40,943 nt of DNA from a virus (lineage: Duplodnaviria; Caudoviricetes): the IMG/VR virus record IMGVR_UViG_3300044259_000093, positions 1 through 40,943 of that record; one strand, 5' to 3'. The translations under genes and the position numbers were made by a program. The notes under the pieces were generated by a model that ran no database searches, had not been told where the DNA came from, and worked only from the letters and a program-made list of their open reading frames with translations. This document shows positions 1-7,224 of the stretch, piece by piece. Numbering within the stretch: the stretch's first letter is position 1; every line of letters starts with the position of its first letter.

Positions 1-57
1 GTCCTTTGCGAGGCAAAATTCTAGACTTTCGACCCGCCCTCCCCTCCTTGCAAAATT

Positions 58-471
58 TTACGGCAGACTCTCCACCTTGCGGCCGGCCAACTGCTCCGGC
101 GTGCATTGATCGACGGGAATGGCGAACAGTTTCCTGCCACTCGTTTCGTCCGTTCCGATGGCGAACAGCTTCTGGTCGGCGCTGCACTCGGGGCCGCGCA
201 ACCACACGAACGATACGGCGTCAGCGGGCGCCTCGGCCTCGACGTGCTCGACGGGCTTGCCGGCCGGCGACTCGGTGGTCGGCCGGGCTTCCTTGGCGAG
301 GGCGCTGGCGATCGGCGCGGGCACCCACACGGTTTGCACCTGGGCGCCAGGTGGCAGGATAAGCACCGAGATATCGGAACCGGCCATCTGCTGCTCAATG
401 TCCGCTTTCAGCGCGGCGCGCTGCTCGTCGGTGTAGTGTTGCGCTGTCGTGACGGCAATCAGTTGCGGCAT
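58..471 (-). CDS. hypothetical protein (137 aa) between packaging HNH and presumed cos
   Basis: ATG at 471 preceded by GAAAGGA SD; start trimmed from the 184-aa track ORF. Confidence 0.65.
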   Translation of the reverse strand: MPQLIAVTTAQHYTDEQRAALKADIEQQMAGSDISVLILPPGAQVQTVWVPAPIASALAKEARPTTESPAGKPVEHVEAEAPADAVSFVWLRGPECSADQKLFAIGTDETSGRKLFAIPVDQCTPEQLAGRKVESLP

Positions 472-621
472 GGTCTTGTCCTTTCGAGAGGATTGATTGG
501 GGTCGGCGCCCGTTGCGGGCGGTAGCGTCTCACGACGTTGGTGGAAATGTGGGGTGTTGGTCCTGTGCGTTCCCGGTTGCGATCCTAGCCCACCTGTTGC
601 AGCCTCACCCACGCACCAATC

Positions 622-945
622 CTACCCATCCACCGGCCACCCGTCAAGCCCGATGCGTGGTTTGGGCCGATACACCTTGCCCTCGTCCGCTGCGGTCTTG
701 GCCTTGTGGCACTCCCGGCATATGCACTGCAGGTTGCTCAGCGCGTCGGTCTGTGCGCGCGTCCACTTGCGCCGCGCCGCCTCGGCCTTGGGTACGATGT
801 GGTCAACCTCTCGGCCCGCCGCCACCCGGCCCTCGCGCAAGCATGGTTGGCACAGGCCTTTGTCGCGCTCAATCACCCGCCGTCGGGTTCTTTCCCACTC
901 CGCATCGTATCCGCGCGATTGTCTGCTTTCTGTCGGCCAAGCCAT
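622..945 (-). CDS. HNH endonuclease, packaging-associated (HK97 gp74-like)
   Basis: RGYDAEW...R..VIERDKGLCQPC...VDHIVPK...NLQCICRECHKAKT; lies upstream of terS across the genome ends. Confidence 0.9.
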   Translation of the reverse strand: MAWPTESRQSRGYDAEWERTRRRVIERDKGLCQPCLREGRVAAGREVDHIVPKAEAARRKWTRAQTDALSNLQCICRECHKAKTAADEGKVYRPKPRIGLDGWPVDG

Positions 946-954
946 AAAAACCTC

Positions 955-984
955 TTGCGTTGCATTACAACTCAAATGTATAGT
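955..984 (+). promoter_or_regulatory. putative sigma70 promoter for ORF 1009-1428
   Basis: TTGCGT-18 nt-TATAGT in an AT-rich intergenic region; GGAG SD at 997-1000. Confidence 0.5.
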
Positions 985-1008
985 TTTGTCTTTAACGGAG
1001 ATTTTACA

Positions 1009-1428
1009 ATGCAAACCTATACAACCCCCGCCGGCCACATCTTCCGATTTGTTAGCACCAAACCCTACACGCGCAAAGATGGTACGCAAACCACATTGGC
1101 GGTGTGGGCGTCGAAATGCCGCCACCCCGGCTGCACCAAGCAATTCGAGGTTACTGTGCCGGCTTCCGCACCGCCGGAGAACTGCGCCGCCTTTGGGGCC
1201 GCCCACTGCGCCGAACATAAACTGACCAGGGCCGAAACCACCAAGCGCTGGGTGGACGCATGCACCAAAACGAATACAAAGGCCACACCAGAAGTCCTGT
1301 CTGTCATCACCGCCGCGTACGAAGGCGGGGCTAGCCCCCAAGACATTGCCCTACTTGTTCCGGTTGGTGTCACCCGCATATACCAACTTGTAAAAATTCA
1401 CAAATTAAAAAGAAAGCCCACAAAATAG
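1009..1428 (+). CDS. putative DNA-binding protein (Cys/His-rich N-half, C-terminal HTH-like region)
   Basis: GGAG SD; KCRHPGC...C...HC; C-terminal AYEGGASPQDIALLVPVGVTRIYQLVK resembles an HTH. Confidence 0.65.
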   Translation: MQTYTTPAGHIFRFVSTKPYTRKDGTQTTLAVWASKCRHPGCTKQFEVTVPASAPPENCAAFGAAHCAEHKLTRAETTKRWVDACTKTNTKATPEVLSVITAAYEGGASPQDIALLVPVGVTRIYQLVKIHKLKRKPTK

Positions 1429-1436
1429 CCCACACT

Positions 1437-1560
1437 CATGGTACACACCACAGAGGGGTATATGGAATATACCCCTACTGTAAGTGTGTACCTATTCATG
1501 GTCTGTGTCGGTACACGTGTGGGACACGTGTGTACCACGTGTGTACTGCTGTGTACCATG
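1437..1560. repeat. nested inverted repeats and GTGTAC repeats; candidate replication origin
   Basis: Six GTACAC/GTGTAC copies (1441, 1486, 1511, 1530, 1541, 1551); hairpins 1440-1492 and 1510-1536; outer IR CATGGTACAC/GTGTACCATG. Confidence 0.75.
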
Positions 1561-1575
1561 TTTGTGCAAAGTATT

Positions 1576-3690
1576 TCACGATAATTTGACTACAAAGCCA
1601 TCATCAACAAGTAAATTTTTACGAGCAAGGGATTCTATTGCGCGTTTAACAACTTCTTTGCGGCGGTCTTTCTTACCAGATTCCGGGTCGAAGTCGAGCA
1701 ACGCCGCCGCGCCTTCGACCAAAGCCACCAGGGGGGTGCCGGTGTCGTCGAGGTCGGCCGATGTGTTAAGGAAGTTATAAACGGCCTTCTCCACGTCCCC
1801 TTTTGGTTCTTCCTTGCGCTCGGCCTTATGGACTGCATCGCGGGCTTCTACCACGCAAGAGGTGATGGTATAGCCGTCCTCGTCCTGGCCCAAGGCCACC
1901 TCGCCCAATCGGAAAGCGTATTCCTTGTTGTCCTCGCCGTCCTTCATCTTGGTGATGGTGGCGGCGCGGTAATCGCGCGTCTGCACCACTTCGATCTCAA
2001 CGTCGGCCGCGGCGCGCAGTGCCCCGCTGCCGCGCGCCCCCTTGCTGGCGTCCTTGCCGCTGTGGTGGATTAGCACCACCAGCGCTCCGGTGACGCGGTG
2101 CAGGACATCGCAGTACGCCACAGCGTCGCCGGTGTCCTTGGCGTCGTTCTCGTTGGCGCCGGCCATCACCCGGGCGTAGGTATCGACCACGATAACGGAA
2201 ATGGGCCCCACCAGTTTAAGGGCGTCTAGCAGCGCTTTGCGGTGCAGCTTATCCACGAAGTTCGGGGCGTCCGGGATCACCAGCACGTCCAGATCCTCCG
2301 GGGCCAAGCCGTGATACTCGCAGTAGGCCTCCACCCGATTGCGGAAGCCGCCCGCGCCCTCCGCAACGATGTACACCACCCGGCCCTTGGCGACCTTGAC
2401 CCCGCGCCAATCCGCGCCACGCGCCACGCAAGCGGCCATGTCGAAGGTAAAGAACGTCTTGCCAGATCCGCTGGCGCCGTAAATGACAGCCAGGCCCGCG
2501 CGCGGCAGCACCCCCTTGATGATCCAGTCGGGGCGCGGGCGGCGCAAGAACTGCGCCACCGGCATCGGCGTAAAGCGCGGCGCCTTCGCGGGTTTGGCGG
2601 GTGCCGATGCCGCGGGGTCGCCGAGCAGATCGGTGCAATCGTCCCCCAGGTCCTCGAAGTCGTCTGCGCTGGCCGCGCCGGACGGTTCTCCGCTGGTTCC
2701 AGTTTGCGCGGGGACGGCATCGGTGGTCGGTGCGGCGCCGAAATCCTCAAACTGGTCCAGGTCTAGCTGGCGCAGCTCGCCGGCGCGCGCGGTGCCCTTG
2801 TTGCAGTGGTCTTTCCACAGGTAGCGCAGCGCCTTGTCGTAATCCTGCCGCCGGTGGTCCAGCGCCACCTCCATAGCGTGCTCGTTGCCCTCCAGGATCG
2901 ATAAGATCACCTGTGGTTCCAGGCCGGCCTGCGCCAGCGCGATCGAGGTGGCGAACAGCGCCTGTGAACGGTCGCGGCCGATGTCGGCGCCGGCGGCCAG
3001 GAAGTTGCGCGCGTGCGTCGGCAGGTCCAGGTCCTCGATGTCCGGCAGGTCGCTGGCGCCGAGCAGCGGCGGCAGGTGCAGGTCGACGATATCGGCCCCG
3101 CTGCCGGTCCGGCGCCAGCGCGCGGCCAGGTTGTCCATCACACCGGCCGGCGGCGCTGACACCACGGCCCGGCTGCCCGGCACCTTGGCCCCGGTGATGG
3201 TGACGAACCGGGCGTCGACACCGCCGTACACCTCGATACCGCGCTCGTGGTTCATCCAATCGCGGTCGACCGCGCCCTGCACCATCACGCGCAGGCCGTT
3301 GCCAGATGGCGAGAACTCGGTGTAGCTGTCCAGCTTGGCCACCACCTCGGCGGCCCAGGGCTGGATCTCGCCGCCCTTGACGCAGTGGTCGAGATCGATG
3401 GCCACCAGGCCGTGCGGCCCGGTCATCAGGTATCCGACGCCGGCGAACAGCTTCGGGTTTTGCAGGTAGGCGGCCATGGCCTGATCGAACGTGCCCCAGC
3501 CCTGGGTGGACTTGTTCGACAGGCCGCGCTTCGGCTGGCGCGCGTGGTGCGGCACCTTCTCGTATTTCTGCTTCTTGCTGTTCCAGACCGCGCGCCACGG
3601 CGCCCACCTGGGGGTGGACATCATGCTGGCGGGGATGCCGTCGACGTTGACGGGCAGAAGAGCGGGGCGGGGTGGCATGATGGCGCTCAT
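1576..3690 (-). CDS. primase-helicase fusion (AEP-type primase plus RepA/AAA_25 helicase)
   Basis: N-terminal IDLDHC and YTEFSPSGNGLR; C-terminal Walker A GASGSGKT, IVVDT, IHHSGKD..KGARGSGAL. Confidence 0.9.
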   Translation of the reverse strand: MSAIMPPRPALLPVNVDGIPASMMSTPRWAPWRAVWNSKKQKYEKVPHHARQPKRGLSNKSTQGWGTFDQAMAAYLQNPKLFAGVGYLMTGPHGLVAIDLDHCVKGGEIQPWAAEVVAKLDSYTEFSPSGNGLRVMVQGAVDRDWMNHERGIEVYGGVDARFVTITGAKVPGSRAVVSAPPAGVMDNLAARWRRTGSGADIVDLHLPPLLGASDLPDIEDLDLPTHARNFLAAGADIGRDRSQALFATSIALAQAGLEPQVILSILEGNEHAMEVALDHRRQDYDKALRYLWKDHCNKGTARAGELRQLDLDQFEDFGAAPTTDAVPAQTGTSGEPSGAASADDFEDLGDDCTDLLGDPAASAPAKPAKAPRFTPMPVAQFLRRPRPDWIIKGVLPRAGLAVIYGASGSGKTFFTFDMAACVARGADWRGVKVAKGRVVYIVAEGAGGFRNRVEAYCEYHGLAPEDLDVLVIPDAPNFVDKLHRKALLDALKLVGPISVIVVDTYARVMAGANENDAKDTGDAVAYCDVLHRVTGALVVLIHHSGKDASKGARGSGALRAAADVEIEVVQTRDYRAATITKMKDGEDNKEYAFRLGEVALGQDEDGYTITSCVVEARDAVHKAERKEEPKGDVEKAVYNFLNTSADLDDTGTPLVALVEGAAALLDFDPESGKKDRRKEVVKRAIESLARKNLLVDDGFVVKLS

Positions 3691-4865
3691 GCTACGTCAC
3701 CCAGCAGGTCGCCGAACTCTTCCAGGTAGGCCCGCCGCTCGGCAATATCCGCGTGCTCGTCCAGCAGCTCGATCCCGGTCACGTCAAAGCCCTCCTGCAG
3801 GCCGGCCACGATCGTGCTGCCGCTGCCCAGGAAAGGGTCCAGCGCACGGCCACCCGGCGGCGTCACTAGGCGCAACAGGTAGCGCAGCAGCGCCAGCGGC
3901 TTGACGGTTGGGTGGGTGTTGCCAGGGCCGCGATCCGCCTTGCTGGCCTTGGCGCAGTAGAAGAACCGAGCAGCGCTCGTATCGGGGTCAATACGTGGCT
4001 CAATGCCTACTTCGCCCGGCGACACAGCACCGTACAGCGCACCTTGCTGGCGCTCGGCCGTGGCGCCCTGCTGACCCTTCGCATCCGGGAAAGCCGCCAG
4101 CACCTCGTCGCCGCCGTCGTGGATCAGGTTGGCGGGCCATCGGCCAGTGACTGTAACCTCATCACCAGCCTTACCTGCTCGGTGCTCCGGGACGCGAATC
4201 ATCGCAGCACTAGCGCTGGTTCCTTTAGGCTCATAGGAGCGCTGCTCACTCCCAACCCTGCACCCGTCAATATTCAGCGCCCCCGTACCATGCGCCAGAA
4301 CGTTCGCCGCCACGGTGCCCTGGAGCGGCTTGCGCGCCACGCAGATCGGCTCGTGTGCCGGTTTCAGCGCAGTGCCCCAACCATCCCACTGGCGGGCGGC
4401 GTCGGTGGCTGGGGCGGTAATGTCGATCTGTTTCGATTGATTAAGGGTGTCGCTAAATTCGTTGTTTCCACCGCTTCGCCCACCTTGGCTTTCGCGCTGG
4501 CCGATTACCTCACGCTCAGCGCCGGCCGCCTTGTCGATCGCCTTGCTCACATCCAGCGACTTGGGGAAGCCCGACCCGTAAACCCACATGATCTGGTCGC
4601 GGATCTCGAAACCGGCATCCTCGATAGCGCATGTCATGCGGTGATAGGTGCGGCTGCCGCTGAAGGCCAGGAGGTGGCCGCCGGGCTTGAGCACGCGCAG
4701 CGCCTCGCGCCACATTTCGACGTTGTAGGCGATGCCGCTGGCGTCCCAGGACTTGCCCATGAAGCCGAGTTCATATGGCGGATCGGTCACGATGCTGTCG
4801 AAGGAATTGTCAGGCATTTGACGCATGGCGGCCAGGCAGCCGCCGCGAAGGATAGTATAAGGCAT
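3687..4865 (-). CDS. DNA N6-adenine/N4-cytosine methyltransferase (beta class)
   Basis: IVTDPPY catalytic motif, HPTVKP, DPFLGSGS SAM-binding motif. Confidence 0.92.
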   Translation of the reverse strand: MPYTILRGGCLAAMRQMPDNSFDSIVTDPPYELGFMGKSWDASGIAYNVEMWREALRVLKPGGHLLAFSGSRTYHRMTCAIEDAGFEIRDQIMWVYGSGFPKSLDVSKAIDKAAGAEREVIGQRESQGGRSGGNNEFSDTLNQSKQIDITAPATDAARQWDGWGTALKPAHEPICVARKPLQGTVAANVLAHGTGALNIDGCRVGSEQRSYEPKGTSASAAMIRVPEHRAGKAGDEVTVTGRWPANLIHDGGDEVLAAFPDAKGQQGATAERQQGALYGAVSPGEVGIEPRIDPDTSAARFFYCAKASKADRGPGNTHPTVKPLALLRYLLRLVTPPGGRALDPFLGSGSTIVAGLQEGFDVTGIELLDEHADIAERRAYLEEFGDLLGDVA

Positions 4866-4876
4866 TCTTATTTCCT

Positions 4877-4972
4877 AAAAGAAAAAGCCCACAGGATTGC
4901 ACGCTGACCGCCAAGTCCCGGACCAATCCCGGCGCGTGCTCTCCTGTGGGCTTACTGGTTATTGACTTGGCC
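4877..4972 (-). ncRNA. structured leader/small RNA ending in a U-tract (c4-like candidate)
   Basis: 12-bp IR AAGCCCACAGGA (4885-4896)/TCCTGTGGGCTT (4942-4953); inner GCACGC/GCGTGC stem; two small loops; followed by TTTTTCTTTT on the minus strand. Confidence 0.5.
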
Positions 4973-4977
4973 CGACC

Positions 4978-5007
4978 ATTGTAGGCTAAGTCCGACCGAT
5001 ATAACAA
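4978..5007 (-). promoter_or_regulatory. putative leftward sigma70 promoter for the methyltransferase-primase operon
   Basis: TTGTTA-18 nt-TACAAT on the minus strand. Confidence 0.6.
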
Positions 5008-5008
5008 G

Positions 5009-5338
5009 CTATTTCGTAACGTCTTCCACCGCAGCGCAGGGCCCAGGGTGCCCGGCGCCACGCGTGCAGCGCCAGCCGGGAGGGGGAATCTGGCAAGCCG
5101 GACGCGACATTCCGACTATTTTCGCGCCAGTACGCGCCGCCTCATCTACCGTAGCCTGTGCCGCGGGAACGTCATCGGCACGCTGCACGAGCATATCCAT
5201 GCGGCGGCGCAAATCGGCGTCAGCGCGGGCCTTCACACCATCGTCAGCCGCCTCCAGCATTTCCAGCACCTTGCGCGGGCGCACCAGCGCCAGCAGGGCG
5301 AAGGCGATCATCAGGCCGAAGAGTTTGAGGCGGATCAT
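5009..5338 (-). CDS. hypothetical protein (hydrophobic N-terminus; C-terminal C..PP.GW.CTR..GH.GPC motif)
   Basis: ATGA overlap with the upstream gene; putative Cys/His metal motif. Confidence 0.7.
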   Translation of the reverse strand: MIRLKLFGLMIAFALLALVRPRKVLEMLEAADDGVKARADADLRRRMDMLVQRADDVPAAQATVDEAARTGAKIVGMSRPACQIPPPGWRCTRGAGHPGPCAAVEDVTK

Positions 5339-5523
5339 TTGGCACCGCCTTTCGACGCCACGGCGCCGCTGACGTTCTTGCCGGCCCGTCCTAGCAGTTT
5401 GCCGGTGCGGCTGAACGGATGGCGGCCCGAGTCGGCGCTTTCGGGCAGGGTCAGAATATCTACGGCCAGCGCAACCGGCGAAACGGTGACCGCAACAGCG
5501 GCTTTCAAAAGTTTCTTGAGCAT
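5335..5523 (-). CDS. hypothetical protein (62 aa)
   Basis: GGAG SD; tightly packed in the operon. Confidence 0.7.
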   Translation of the reverse strand: MLKKLLKAAVAVTVSPVALAVDILTLPESADSGRHPFSRTGKLLGRAGKNVSGAVASKGGAK

Positions 5524-5525
5524 AA

Positions 5526-5825
5526 TTATCTCCAGTTAAGTTTAAAACGCGACGCTTTCACGTCGGGATGGATGCGGCCGGCGCAGATATCGCGCACGGT
5601 GCCGGCATCCAGCACCGTGCTGTAGCGCCGCACCACGTCGATCTGCGACATCAAGCCGATTTCGTAGTCGTAACGGATGGCCGCCACCAGCCTGGGCGGC
5701 GTCGTTTGCGGGCGGGGCGCCGGCTGTACGAAGCGGGGGATTATCAGACCGCGCGGTGGTTCGGCACCGTCGTGGTGCTTGATGGCGCTGCGCTCAATGC
5801 GCAAGGCCTCGCCGTCATCGATCAT
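5526..5825 (-). CDS. hypothetical protein, possible C-terminal HTH
   Basis: ATGA coupling; MSQIDVVRRYSTVLDAGTVRDI segment. Confidence 0.65.
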   Translation of the reverse strand: MIDDGEALRIERSAIKHHDGAEPPRGLIIPRFVQPAPRPQTTPPRLVAAIRYDYEIGLMSQIDVVRRYSTVLDAGTVRDICAGRIHPDVKASRFKLNWR

Positions 5826-6220
5826 AGCCGCACCATATAGTCAAAATCCCAGTCTGCCGGGGTGCCGAGCAGCCCAGCCTTGGACGGGTGCGGATCGAAC
5901 ACGATAGCCCCGTACCGGCCCACCACAGCGTGCAGCAGACCGCCGCCGCGCGGGGAGGGGCCGCCGATAACGTGGTAGCCATCCAGATCCGCCGCTAGAT
6001 CAGGGAGGTGGGCGGTAAAGCCGCAAAGGTAGTCCCAGCCGCGGCTTTCTGCGAAGGGCATTACGTTTTCCCAAAACTGCTGCGGGTCGCCGCTCGCATC
6101 GCGCAAGAAATGAGGAACCTGGGCGATCGGCATATCGAGCAATGAAGCGACGCAGGCCCTCATGCAGTCGCCGTATTGCTTGCCCTCGATATTGACGAAT
6201 TCCTGATCCTGCGGGGTCAC
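5822..6220 (-). CDS. hypothetical protein with a papain/C39-like Cys-His-Asp pattern
   Basis: QYGDCMRACVASLL...LHAVVG...IVFDPHP. Confidence 0.65.
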   Translation of the reverse strand: MTPQDQEFVNIEGKQYGDCMRACVASLLDMPIAQVPHFLRDASGDPQQFWENVMPFAESRGWDYLCGFTAHLPDLAADLDGYHVIGGPSPRGGGLLHAVVGRYGAIVFDPHPSKAGLLGTPADWDFDYMVRL

Positions 6221-6597
6221 AGCGCCACCCCACTATCAATAGCCGACTGCAGGCGCGGGTCCACCAGCTCGCGGCGCGGCACGCCGGTGTGCATCTCGAT
6301 GTCGCGTACGCGCTTGAGCGGCGCAAAGCCTTGCTTCAGCCACAGGTTGACGTTCTGCTGGGTGGTGCCCAGCTTGCGCGCCAACTCGGTGGCGCCGCCG
6401 GCCAGCTTCGCCGCGCGCAGCACGGCGCTGTCCGGGTGAACATCGGCGCGGCGCAGCGCGTCGACAGACAACCAATTGCTGATCGTGTTCTGCGAGACGC
6501 CGATGCGCGCAGCCAGTTCTTTCTGGCCGCCCACGTGCTTGATGGCGCGCAACAGGCCGGAGTCCTCGGCGTAGTCGCGGTATTGCTTTTTGTTCAT
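6217..6597 (-). CDS. Cro/YdaS-like regulator with two tandem HTH domains
   Basis: GGQKELAARIGVSQNTISNW and GGATELARKLGTTQQNVNLW; GAAAGGA SD before ATG 6597. Confidence 0.85.
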   Translation of the reverse strand: MNKKQYRDYAEDSGLLRAIKHVGGQKELAARIGVSQNTISNWLSVDALRRADVHPDSAVLRAAKLAGGATELARKLGTTQQNVNLWLKQGFAPLKRVRDIEMHTGVPRRELVDPRLQSAIDSGVAL

Positions 6598-6628
6598 GGC
6601 TTGATTCCTTTCGAGTTGTGATATCGGT

Positions 6629-6657
6629 AGTATGTGGCAAATGCGCCGATAACACAA
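6629..6657 (-). promoter_or_regulatory. putative leftward early promoter
   Basis: TTGTGT-17 nt-CATACT on the minus strand. Confidence 0.5.
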
Positions 6658-6683
6658 GCTAAAAATTTTTCGCACAAAAATAC

Positions 6684-6712
6684 TTGCAACAAGTTTTTGT
6701 TTGTGTAATAGT
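6684..6712 (+). promoter_or_regulatory. putative rightward early promoter with operator in the spacer
   Basis: TTGCAA-17 nt-AATAGT with upstream TG; ACAAGT-N5-TTTGTG at 6689-6705. Confidence 0.55.
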
Positions 6713-6753
6713 TCAACCCGTAGCACCGAACCAATCAACCAAAAGGACCTAAA

Positions 6754-7221
6754 ATGAGTATCGACAAATCCCTGGAGCAGTTCCTCGCCACCCAAACCCG
6801 CATTGCCGACGCGCTGGAAGCCATCGCCGCAACCGCAAATAACACGACGGCCAGCGGCGCCGTCCTCGCTATCGACACCGCCCCGCCAGCCACCAAGCCG
6901 ACCACTGCCAAGGACGCCATCGCCGACGCCAAGGCCCGCGCCGCCGCGGACAAGAAGGCCCAGGAGGAAGCCGCCCGCGTCGCCAAGGATCTGGAAGAGC
7001 AGGAAGCCGCCGAGCAGGCCGCGTTGCTGGACGGTGGCGGCGCGGCCGAGGAAGAAAAGGTGCTGGACTTCCAGAAGGATATCGGCCCGGCGTTCCTGGC
7101 GTTCACCAAGGCCCAGGGCCGCGACGCCGCCGTCGAACTGCTGGGCAAGTTCGGCGCCAAGAACGCGGCCGGCGTGAAGAAGGAAGATTACGCCAAGTTC
7201 TACGCGGCGCTGACGGCCTAA
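6754..7221 (+). CDS. hypothetical protein of the type found before DUF2800
   Basis: AAAGGA SD; Ala/Lys/Glu-rich linker; C-terminal GRDAAVELLGKFGAK....VKKEDY. Confidence 0.8.
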   Translation: MSIDKSLEQFLATQTRIADALEAIAATANNTTASGAVLAIDTAPPATKPTTAKDAIADAKARAAADKKAQEEAARVAKDLEEQEAAEQAALLDGGGAAEEEKVLDFQKDIGPAFLAFTKAQGRDAAVELLGKFGAKNAAGVKKEDYAKFYAALTA

Positions 7222-7224
7222 GCC

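Noticed and set aside
622-1428. Long overlapping 239/240-aa versions of the HNH and its divergent neighbour
   Set aside because: Motifs and SD position support starts at 945 and 1009, separated by an AT-rich promoter region.
1437-1560. CRISPR array or simple terminator
   Set aside because: The repeats are 6-10 bp, partly inverted, without unique spacers, and there is no clear U-tract after the stems.
4877-4972. tRNA gene
   Set aside because: It is a multi-stem structure but has no T-loop GTTC, anticodon arm geometry or CCA end.
6217-6753. Lysogeny switch / prophage
   Set aside because: No integrase, CI-type repressor with a peptidase domain, partition genes or host flanks were recognised.
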